Below, piece after piece: positions 56,386-64,000 of a stretch of 64,000 nt of DNA. A program made the position numbers and the translations under genes. The notes under the pieces were generated by a model that did not search any database, was not told the DNA's origin, and saw only the letters and a program-made list of their open reading frames with translations. Origin of the DNA: Flavobacteriales bacterium (GTDB lineage: Bacteria > Bacteroidota > Bacteroidia > Flavobacteriales_F > PHOS-HE28); assembly GCA_020852835.1 (NCBI GenBank), contig JADZAC010000012.1, positions 58,499 through 122,498 of the forward strand. The letters run 5' to 3'. Positions within the stretch are counted from its first letter, which is position 1; each line of letters opens with the position of its first letter.

Positions 56386-57168
56386 TCACATCCCCGTGAA
56401 ACTGGCCTTGCGTTTCTCCATGAACGCCTTGGTGCCTTCCTCGAAATCCGCCGTGCCGAAACACTTGCCGAACTCCTCGATCTCCCGCTGCATGCCGTTC
56501 ATGCCTGCCTCGAAACCTGCATTCACCGTGCGGATGGCCGCGGCCAGGGCCGTGGGGCTGTTCTTCATGATCGCGGTGGCCAGTTCGTTGCACTTGGTCA
56601 AGAGCTGCTCTTGGGGAACCACGTGGTTCACCAGGCCCCATTGCAGGGCTTCTTCGGCCTTGATCATGCCGGCGGTGAAGATCATCTCCATGGCCTTGCC
56701 CTGGCCCACCAGACGGGGGAGGCGTTGCGTGCCGCCGTAGCCGGGGATCACGCCCAGGCTGGTTTCCGGCAAGCCCATTCGGGCATTGTCGCTGGCCACG
56801 CGCAGATGGCAGCTCATGGCCAATTCCAGCCCGCCGCCCAGCGCAAAGCCGTTCACGGCGGCGATCACCGGCTTGCCAAGCTGTTCCACATGATCAAAGA
56901 GCTGCTTGTGGCCTTCGGCGCTGAGCAGCTTGCCTTGTTCCACGCTGAAGTGCGCGAACTCCTTGATGTCGGCGCCGGCCACGAAGGCCTTGGGCCCGCT
57001 GCCGGTGATGATGACCACGCGGACGCTGCCGTCGGCTTCGGCCTCCGAGAGGGCCTGGTCCAGTTCGGCGATGGTGGCGCGGTTCAGCGCGTTGAGCTGC
57101 TCGGGCCGGTGAATGGTGATGGTGCGCACGCCGTTGGTATCGGCGGTCAGGAGATTGGAAAAGGTCAT
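56386..57168 (-). CDS. enoyl-CoA hydratase/isomerase (crotonase) family protein
   Basis: AAVNGFALGGGLELAMSCH is the crotonase oxyanion-hole signature. 260 aa. Internal Met chosen. Confidence 0.85.
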   Translation of the reverse strand: MTFSNLLTADTNGVRTITIHRPEQLNALNRATIAELDQALSEAEADGSVRVVIITGSGPKAFVAGADIKEFAHFSVEQGKLLSAEGHKQLFDHVEQLGKPVIAAVNGFALGGGLELAMSCHLRVASDNARMGLPETSLGVIPGYGGTQRLPRLVGQGKAMEMIFTAGMIKAEEALQWGLVNHVVPQEQLLTKCNELATAIMKNSPTALAAAIRTVNAGFEAGMNGMQREIEEFGKCFGTADFEEGTKAFMEKRKASFTGM

Positions 57169-57224
57169 GGTAGGCGGGATCGTTCTTGGGCAAATGTACC
57201 CGGCCCGGCTGCGCGGATCGGCGG

Positions 57225-60200
57225 TCAGGGCAGATCCGGACTTTCCAGGGGCAATGCCACAAAGAAGCTGCTGCCTTTGCCCTCTTCCGTGGTGAACCAC
57301 ACCCGGCCACCGGCATTCTCCACCATGCGCTGCACCATGGCCAGGCCCAGGCCCATGCCGCTGCTCTTGGTGGTGAAGTTGGGTTGGAAGATGCTGCCTC
57401 GGTCCGCCTCGGCGATGCCGGTGCCGTTGTCGCGCACCTCCACTACGGCGTTGTTCTGCTCCCGGCGCATCCGGATCCCCACTTCGCCGGGTACGCCTTC
57501 GGGAATGGCCTGCAGGGCATTCTTGATGAGGTTGTTGAAGACGCGCAGCAGGTGCTCGCGATCGGCATGCACCATCAGGGAGGGGCCGGGGTGCAGGGTT
57601 ACGCGGGCTTCGGGCTGACCGGCGAAGAGGGCTGCCGCGGCAGCGGCCAATTCCCGCAGGTCGAGCGGCCCGGCTTGCGCGCGGGGCATCCGGGCGAAAT
57701 CCGAAAATTCACCGGCGATGCGGCCCAGCGCGTCGATCTGCTCCACCAGCCCGTTGCTGAAGCGCTCCAGGCGCTCCTTGGAGCCGGGCAGGTCGGGCCT
57801 CCAGGTGCGCTGGAAATGCTGGATGTTCAGCTTCATCGGGGTAAGGGGATTCTTGATCTCGTGGGCCACCTGCTTGGCCATTTCGCGCCAAGCGTGTTCG
57901 CGTTCGCTGCGCGCCAGTTTCACCGCGCTCTCGCGCAATTCCGCCACTTTGCGGTTGTATACCCGCACCAGTTGGCCCAGTTCATCGTTGCCGCGGTAGG
58001 GGATGGGTTCATTGCCGGCGCCCAGGCCGATGCGTTCCAGTCCGCGCCGCAGCAGTTCCAAGGGGCGGGTGGTCCAATGGGTGATCAGCGCGGCGGCCAC
58101 CACGCTCAGCAGGAACAACAAGGTGAAAAGGTTCACCAGGGCCACCAGCGTCATGGCCCGCTCCTGGTCCACCTCGGCCTGCCGGGCGAAATAGGGCAGG
58201 GCCAAATAGGCCAGCACCTTGCCCCGTTCGTTTCGGAAGGGCATGTAGGCGGTGCTGAAGGAAGCCGTACCGATGTGCTCGCGATGGATGAAGGAGGAGG
58301 CTCCTGTCACCGCCAGGCGGTGGAAGGCGCGGGGATCCATGCGCCGGCCCAGCAGTCCGGCAGTGAACACCTGCTCGCGGGAGGAGGCCAGCATCATGCC
58401 GTCGGGACCGTACAAGGTGAGGTCGGTGAAGAAGACATTGCTGAATTTCACCAGCAAGTGCTCGAGGTAGGGCGCCAAGGATGGCGACAAGGACTCTTCT
58501 CCGCGCAGGTTCTGCCGCAATTCGGCCAGCACCCCGCGGGTGCGCTCGTGCATGGTACGGGCGCTGCTTTGTTCTTGGCGAACGTTCACCATGCGGTGCA
58601 TCCCAAAGGTGAAGAGCATCAGTCCGGCCATGGCGAAGCCGGCCACTCCCAGGCGAACCTGGCCCCCCACGCCCATGGAAGCCAGCTGTTCCCTGCGGAT
58701 AAGCAGCCCCATGCCTGCGGCCATGCCCGCCAGCAGGCAGTAGCACAGGAACAGGTAGGAGAAGGTGGTCAGATGGTCCCACCAGGTGGGGATCCTGCTG
58801 CCCAGAACCAGCAAGGAGCCCTTGGGATCGCCCCGGGCCAGCAGGTCATAGCCGCCATCGGTCCAGTGCAAGCCCTGTGGGGGCACGGGCCTGTTCCAGG
58901 TGATGGGAAAGACGTACGGGCCGGAAGCGGAGCTAAGCGCGCCGCGTTCAAAGCGGGCCTGAACAAAGCGGCCGGGCTTGAAGGGGGGGGGCCGCTGCCC
59001 GGCAAGCAAGAGTTCCGGAAATCCCAACCCATCGGCCACGGGATTCTGTCGCAGCTCCACGAACAGTTGGGCGCTGTCCAGTGCAATGCGGCCCATGTAC
59101 AAGGCATCTTCGCCGGGCCGGTCGGTGATCCGCAGATCATCATGGTGGCCTACGGGCACTCCTTGTTCAAACCGCTCCAATGCGCCGAGAGCCGTTGTTG
59201 CGGCATCGGGGGAGGTGGAACAGCGCGTACGGCCTGCAAGGTCCTCCAAGTGCAGACGCAGGTCGTAGCGGTCCCAATAGCCGGTGAAGTAGGGTTGGCG
59301 CACCAAACGGTCCAGGTCGGCCGAGCTGCAGGGCGCACCGCTGCGCAACCATTGGGCCAAGGCGCGATCGGCGGCCATCAGGCGCCGGGCTTCATCAAAA
59401 AGGAGTTCGATCACGGGGTCCTCGCGCATGGTTGCTGTTTCGGCGATCGCCGCCCGCTCCACATCCAGCCGCTTGAATGTCTGCCGGTTCAGCACATGCG
59501 CGGTGAAGCCGGCAACAACGGCAATGAGCAACAGCACCTGCAAGGTGCCCGGCTTGCGGCGCATCAGTTCAAGCAAGCCCAGCACGGGCAATGGCCACAA
59601 GGCCATCACCAGGTCATATTGGCCGCGCCAATGGTCCGCCAGGATCGCAGCACCGAAACCAACGGCCAGCAAGGGCAAGGCCCGGCGCACGGTGAGCCGG
59701 GGGCCCAGCAGGCGTACCCAGGCATCGGCGAACAAGCTCCAAGCGGACAACAGCAGGCCAATGGCCAGCAAGGCCGCCACGCTGTAGCCGTTCAGGTCCT
59801 GTATGCGGAACAGGTCAAGGCTCACGCTGCTGTCATGCACCAATGCGATCATCACCCCGCCCAAACCGGCAGCACTGGCCAATAGGATCGCCAGGGCTGC
59901 GATGCTTGCCTGCCAAGGAATAGCGGCCGGTCGGAAAGCGCTGATGGACTGCCGGAAGTAGGCCACGGCCACCAGCAGCACCACGCCGTTGATGAGCAGG
60001 TCGCCCAAGGAGGGCATGAAGAAGGAAGAGGCGAACAAAGAGGGGTCGAACAGCGGAAATCCAGCCAGCGCCGGGATGCTTCCGCGGGCCAGCAAGGCCA
60101 GGCGCAGCCCGATAAGCACCACCGGGAAGAGCATCAAGGCGAGCCATCGGGGGCGTATGCGCAGGGACAGAAGCCACAGCAGGGCAATACCGCACGCCAA

Positions 60201-60794
60201 AGCCGCCAATGCCAAGCCGATGGACACCACCGAGCGCAAGCCCGGCACGGCGGTACCATCAGCCCATTGCAAATGGAACATGACCGCGCCATCGTTGTCG
60301 CGCACCACGGGCCCCGGGCCTTGAGCGGCCTGTATCCCCTGTTCCACGTGAAAACCGGGATCGAACTGCCGGTGCAGGAAGGCGTTTTCGAACGGTGGCA
60401 AGAACCAGATCCGTTGTACGGCATGTACGCTGCGGGTCCCATCGCGGGCCTGGGCATGGAGGTAGGTCCCGTCCGGCAGGACCAGGTGCGCGCCACGGGC
60501 GGTGTCCAGATCGGTATCGGCGATCGGTGCATGGTCCGTCCAAGCCGCAACGCCATGGCCGCGGTAGAGGCGCAGGCCGCCTTCGCCCGTTGCGTGCGCC
60601 GATCCCATGGGCAGCGTATCCAGTGCCAGCACGGCGGCGGCACGGCGTTCCAATGCTTTGGTGGCCTTGTCCACCCGGGCTTGCAAGGAACTGGCCGCAG
60701 CGGCCAAGCGCTCGTTGGGCGGGCGCTCCCCGGCCAGCTCGGCCATCAGCCAGCAGGCCAAGGCGCACAGCAAGAGGATCAACGGGCGGCGCAT
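57225..60794 (-). CDS. large multi-pass membrane sensor histidine kinase (7TM-receptor-type sensor region plus HisKA and HATPase), no receiver domain
   Basis: 1189 aa. Signal/TM, large extracytoplasmic domain, and a block of about 7 TM helices. H-box AHEIKNPLTPM. G-boxes RDNGTGI and GMGLGLAMVQRMVENAGG. Confidence 0.8.
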   Translation of the reverse strand: MRRPLILLLCALACWLMAELAGERPPNERLAAAASSLQARVDKATKALERRAAAVLALDTLPMGSAHATGEGGLRLYRGHGVAAWTDHAPIADTDLDTARGAHLVLPDGTYLHAQARDGTRSVHAVQRIWFLPPFENAFLHRQFDPGFHVEQGIQAAQGPGPVVRDNDGAVMFHLQWADGTAVPGLRSVVSIGLALAALACGIALLWLLSLRIRPRWLALMLFPVVLIGLRLALLARGSIPALAGFPLFDPSLFASSFFMPSLGDLLINGVVLLVAVAYFRQSISAFRPAAIPWQASIAALAILLASAAGLGGVMIALVHDSSVSLDLFRIQDLNGYSVAALLAIGLLLSAWSLFADAWVRLLGPRLTVRRALPLLAVGFGAAILADHWRGQYDLVMALWPLPVLGLLELMRRKPGTLQVLLLIAVVAGFTAHVLNRQTFKRLDVERAAIAETATMREDPVIELLFDEARRLMAADRALAQWLRSGAPCSSADLDRLVRQPYFTGYWDRYDLRLHLEDLAGRTRCSTSPDAATTALGALERFEQGVPVGHHDDLRITDRPGEDALYMGRIALDSAQLFVELRQNPVADGLGFPELLLAGQRPPPFKPGRFVQARFERGALSSASGPYVFPITWNRPVPPQGLHWTDGGYDLLARGDPKGSLLVLGSRIPTWWDHLTTFSYLFLCYCLLAGMAAGMGLLIRREQLASMGVGGQVRLGVAGFAMAGLMLFTFGMHRMVNVRQEQSSARTMHERTRGVLAELRQNLRGEESLSPSLAPYLEHLLVKFSNVFFTDLTLYGPDGMMLASSREQVFTAGLLGRRMDPRAFHRLAVTGASSFIHREHIGTASFSTAYMPFRNERGKVLAYLALPYFARQAEVDQERAMTLVALVNLFTLLFLLSVVAAALITHWTTRPLELLRRGLERIGLGAGNEPIPYRGNDELGQLVRVYNRKVAELRESAVKLARSEREHAWREMAKQVAHEIKNPLTPMKLNIQHFQRTWRPDLPGSKERLERFSNGLVEQIDALGRIAGEFSDFARMPRAQAGPLDLRELAAAAAALFAGQPEARVTLHPGPSLMVHADREHLLRVFNNLIKNALQAIPEGVPGEVGIRMRREQNNAVVEVRDNGTGIAEADRGSIFQPNFTTKSSGMGLGLAMVQRMVENAGGRVWFTTEEGKGSSFFVALPLESPDLP

Positions 60795-61007
60795 GCGATC
60801 GGTATGCCAACAAGCCACGGGCCAAGGTAGCGGGTGCGGCACCAAACCAGCTGTTGGCGGGCTTGGTGACCTTTCTCACCAAGCGCACGGCCACCCTTGG
60901 CGCCGCAGGCCGAGCAGCCTACCTTTCGGCCCAAGGCCCGCAACCCAAACCTCCCCGGCCGGAACTGTTCCATGCATGGCGCATCCGGCCCGAATGCATC
61001 CGCAACC

Positions 61008-61460
61008 ATGAGCAGAACTGCCTCTTCCCTTCTCGCCTTGGCGGTGATCAGCATGATCGCTTTCGCCTGCCAGGCATTTTCCTCCGATCAAGGCCAAGAC
61101 CCTTGGACCGCAAAGCAACTGATGCCACCGGCGGAGCTGGCCCGGCAGATCAACGAAGGCAACGGCGCCGAATTCCATGTGTTCAACATCGGCCCATCTG
61201 GCGCCATCAAGGGTTCGCTGGAGATCGGCGAGGGCCGTGATCCGGCCAACATCGCCAAGCTCCAAGCGGCATTGAACAAATTGCCCAAGGATGCCAACGT
61301 GGTGGTCTACTGCGGCTGTTGCCCCTTCAAGAACTGCCCCAACGTGCGCCCGGCCATGAAGCTGCTCAACGACATGCAGTTCACCAACGGGAAGCTGCTG
61401 GACCTGGGTGAAAACCTCAAAGTGGATTGGATCGACAAAGGCTATCCCATGGCCGATTAG
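61008..61460 (+). CDS. secreted rhodanese-like domain protein
   Basis: Signal peptide. Cys-containing active-site-like loop VVVYCGCCPFKNCPN within a rhodanese-sized domain. Internal Met chosen. Confidence 0.65.
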   Translation: MSRTASSLLALAVISMIAFACQAFSSDQGQDPWTAKQLMPPAELARQINEGNGAEFHVFNIGPSGAIKGSLEIGEGRDPANIAKLQAALNKLPKDANVVVYCGCCPFKNCPNVRPAMKLLNDMQFTNGKLLDLGENLKVDWIDKGYPMAD

Positions 61461-61514
61461 TCGCCGGCGTTCGGCGAACAAACCTGTGGTCCGCCACTGT
61501 GGGCGCCTTGGAGA

Positions 61515-62171
61515 TCAGCTGCCGAACACCCCCCCGGCGGAAACCGTCACCGGTTGCATTACAGGCATGCCGTTCACCACGGCTTGCACATAGTACGTGC
61601 CGGGCTCCAACCCCTCGCTCCGCACCCATACCGAGGCTTCGCCGAAGTTCAGTTCCATGGGCATGAACTGCCCGCGGTTGTTCAGCAGCTGCACCTGTGT
61701 GATGGCCCCGGTTCCTTCCACGGTAAAGCGGCCCGGTGCCTGATCGCCGTAGATCCGGATCACCGGCTCGGGGTGGTACTCCACCGCAAAATCGTCCGAT
61801 ACTTCCAGCATGCGGCCATCGGCCCACGCGGACAGGCGGTAGTAGGAGATCCCGGGCACGGGCTCAAGGTCCACGAAGGCATAGGCCGCGTACCCCTCCC
61901 CGGCGCCCTCGCCGTCATAGCGGAAGGCAGGCCGCCAGTTCATCCGGTCGGCCGAACGCTCCACCAGGAATTGTGTGCCTGCCGGCTCCATCCCTGTGCT
62001 CCACTGCAGTTGCACGCCCTCGCTTTTACCGGGAGATGCTACAAAGGAGATCAATTCATACGCCGGAACCTCCGCGCTTGAGGCGGCGATGCCTGCCCAA
62101 GCTACATCGCCGGGTTGTGCAAGCAGGCTGAGCCAACAGCAAGCCGCCGCGATCGAAAGGTGATTTCGCAT
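61515..62171 (-). CDS. secreted FN3-like protein with T9SS C-terminal sorting domain
   Basis: Signal peptide, fibronectin-III-like VQLQWST...GTQFLVERS, and C-terminal tail GTYYVQAVVNGMPVMQPVTVSAGG. Confidence 0.6.
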   Translation of the reverse strand: MRNHLSIAAACCWLSLLAQPGDVAWAGIAASSAEVPAYELISFVASPGKSEGVQLQWSTGMEPAGTQFLVERSADRMNWRPAFRYDGEGAGEGYAAYAFVDLEPVPGISYYRLSAWADGRMLEVSDDFAVEYHPEPVIRIYGDQAPGRFTVEGTGAITQVQLLNNRGQFMPMELNFGEASVWVRSEGLEPGTYYVQAVVNGMPVMQPVTVSAGGVFGS

Positions 62172-62231
62172 GGTCCGTCGATTGAAACGGACCACTCAAC
62201 GAAATGGCGGGGTGCAAGGTTACCCGGCTCC

Positions 62232-63491
62232 TTACGGCACGGCAAGCGATCGCACGGACCGGGTGGCACCGGCTGTAAACAAAAGGGTGTAAAGGCCTTG
62301 GGCCAAATTTCCGGGAAGCTCCAGCGCTACGGGTTCCTTGCCCAGCACCAGGAAATATTCACCGCACAGACCGGACCGGGCATCGAAGAGCTGCAGCAAT
62401 GCAGGCCCGGTTGCATCGGCTTGCACCAAGAGGCGGCGCCCTACGGCGGGATTGGGCCAAACCCGCAATTCGGCGGCACGGGGCCATGCCGCAACAGAGG
62501 TGGGCAGCAAGCCGGCGCAGGTACAACTATCGGTGATCAGGTCGTCGATCGTTCCGGGGTTGCCGTCGTCGCAGGGATCGCCGATGCGGCCCGGCAGGTG
62601 GGCGCAGTTATCGCTGCTGTCCGCCACTGTTCCGGGCGGCTGCACGCAACCCGGGACCCAGGCAGCGGGGTTGCCGTAGCCATCACCATCCTCGTCGGTG
62701 TACCAAGGCAAAAGCGGGGCTTCATCCACGGTAACGAATACTTGGCATCCGTTGAGCTCATAGCGGAAGGTGCCCGAGGAATCGCTGTTGGGATCGTAGA
62801 TCTCCGGGTGCGGCATGAAGCCGAGGAAGACCACGCGATACCAGTTGCCCCCGCCCTGGGCGCCGGGATCCAAGGCCGACAACAGGGGGAACGGGGCGTC
62901 GCCTTCACACACCTCGATCGAACTGTTCCCGCCCAAGGCGGTTTCCGTGACCGTGATGGCCGCGCAAGGCGATGTGCCCGGGCAGGTGGCCGGAAAGGGC
63001 GCGGTGTACAGGTAGATCCCCGGCAGGTCCGTTCCCGGCACATAGGTTCCCGTGTGCGGTATCCCATTGTGCGTCCATGTGCCCCCCTCGGCATGGAAAC
63101 CCAGCGCAGCACCGAGATCAAGCGGTGGTGCCCCGCTGCAAACATGCAGGGTGCTGTCCTGCCCGGCACCCGCCCCTTGGGCCGTGATGTTGACCAATGC
63201 GGTGTCCGTGCCGCAAGGTCCATATACCACCACCGCGTAGGTGCCCAAGGCGGGCTGTGCAAAGCTGTACCAAGGCTCCACGGTGAAGTATTTCGGGGTG
63301 TTGGGCCCTTGCCAGAAATGCCCGAGCACATCACCTTCGGTGATCACGGAGAGTTGAAGGGTATCACCGGGACAGAGCGGCGCATTGCTCACCACCTCCA
63401 CGATCACTGCGGGTTCACAGCCGCCTTGCGCCATTGCCCTTGTGCAAGGCGCAAGCAGGGCGATCCCCCATAACAACGGAACCAGGTTCAT
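62232..63491 (-). CDS. secreted protein with T9SS C-terminal sorting domain (Por_Secre_tail)
   Basis: Signal peptide, Cys/Gly/Pro-rich repeats, and C-terminal LRVWPNPAVGRRLLVQ...GLYTLLFTAGATRSVRSLAV typical of the T9SS CTD. Confidence 0.7.
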   Translation of the reverse strand: MNLVPLLWGIALLAPCTRAMAQGGCEPAVIVEVVSNAPLCPGDTLQLSVITEGDVLGHFWQGPNTPKYFTVEPWYSFAQPALGTYAVVVYGPCGTDTALVNITAQGAGAGQDSTLHVCSGAPPLDLGAALGFHAEGGTWTHNGIPHTGTYVPGTDLPGIYLYTAPFPATCPGTSPCAAITVTETALGGNSSIEVCEGDAPFPLLSALDPGAQGGGNWYRVVFLGFMPHPEIYDPNSDSSGTFRYELNGCQVFVTVDEAPLLPWYTDEDGDGYGNPAAWVPGCVQPPGTVADSSDNCAHLPGRIGDPCDDGNPGTIDDLITDSCTCAGLLPTSVAAWPRAAELRVWPNPAVGRRLLVQADATGPALLQLFDARSGLCGEYFLVLGKEPVALELPGNLAQGLYTLLFTAGATRSVRSLAVP

Positions 63492-63633
63492 CTTTTGGGG
63501 CATTCCGGCGGCGATCCATCGAAGGTAAGGCCGGCCTGCCCTTGTTGTTCATGGGCACGGTGTGATGCACCGGCGGCATGCAACAGGTGGCGCACCATTG
63601 CCGAGGTCCTGTGCAATAGTTTCGGGCCCTCAA

Positions 63634-64000
63634 ATGGCCAGCAGGGACCACCTCAACGTAGTAGAGCTGTTCGCCGGTGTCGGGGGCTTCCGGATCGGCT
63701 TGGAACGGGCCTCGGACAAATTCCGTGTAGTGTGGAGCAACCAGTGGGAACCTGGGCGCAAGAAGCAGGACGCCTCGGAGATCTACGCCGCCCGTTTTGG
63801 GCTCCAGGGTCATTCCAACCAGGACATCGCCACCGTGGCCACCCGCGACATTCCAGACCACGACCTGCTGGTGGGCGGCTTTCCCTGCCAGGATTATTCC
63901 GTGGCGCGCACCTTGAACCAAGCTGCGGGACTTACTGGCAGAAAAGGCGTACTGTGGTGGGAGATCCACCGCATACTCAAGGAGAAGCGGAACAAGCCGG
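63634..64000 (+). CDS. DNA (cytosine-5)-methyltransferase, N-terminal part (runs off the window end)
   Basis: Translation MASRDHLNVVELFAGVGGFRIGL...LLVGGFPCQDYSVARTLNQAAG shows C5-MTase motif I (FAGVGG) and motif IV (GFPCQ). Not in the ORF track because no stop occurs inside the window. Confidence 0.8.
   Translation, partial: MASRDHLNVVELFAGVGGFRIGLERASDKFRVVWSNQWEPGRKKQDASEIYAARFGLQGHSNQDIATVATRDIPDHDLLVGGFPCQDYSVARTLNQAAGLTGRKGVLWWEIHRILKEKRNKP

Noticed and set aside
57186-59885. 899-aa + strand ORF
   Set aside because: It is antisense to the large histidine kinase, whose H-box and G-boxes are clear on the minus strand.
1-64000. CRISPR arrays, diversity-generating retroelements, IS elements, integrases
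   Set aside because: No regularly spaced direct repeats, reverse transcriptase, transposase or integrase signatures were seen in any frame.

Overview
High-GC (about 62-65%) chromosomal segment that looks like Bacteroidota. Evidence: several type IX secretion (T9SS) C-terminal sorting domains, a LytS-type sensor with Reg_prop/Y_Y_Y ectodomain paired with a LytTR regulator, ECF sigma/anti-sigma pairs, TPR-DUF4292-M23 peptidase and DUF4175/DUF748 envelope proteins. The window is densely coding with mostly core functions: mnmG, pheS, cyclophilin PPIase, ssb, dut, tatA, gatA, recO, folB, gltX, ybeY, ptrB and one tRNA-Cys. Interspersed are regulatory and envelope modules: (1) a three-gene sigma-54 two-component module (receiver / NtrC-like activator / CHASE3-PAS kinase); (2) a propeller-LytS/LytTR pair; (3) an ECF sigma, an anti-sigma-like protein with a C-terminal beta-barrel-like domain, and a PKD-domain T9SS cargo protein; (4) a TetR-controlled TolC / membrane fusion protein (MFP) / RND efflux operon with an unusual CACAGAG-repeat hairpin between adaptor and pump genes; (5) a very large multi-TM histidine kinase; (6) the 5' part of a C5 DNA methyltransferase at the window edge. 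No CRISPR array, IS element, integrase or obvious defence operon is visible inside the window. The most system-like uncharacterised content is the sigma/anti-sigma/beta-barrel/PKD-T9SS module and the DUF4175-DUF748-orphan HATPase region. Several small lower-GC non-coding patches and orphan small ORFs are flagged. Most long ORFs in the supplied track that lie antisense to these genes are high-GC artefacts. All coordinates were derived by hand from the ORF track and codon arithmetic.
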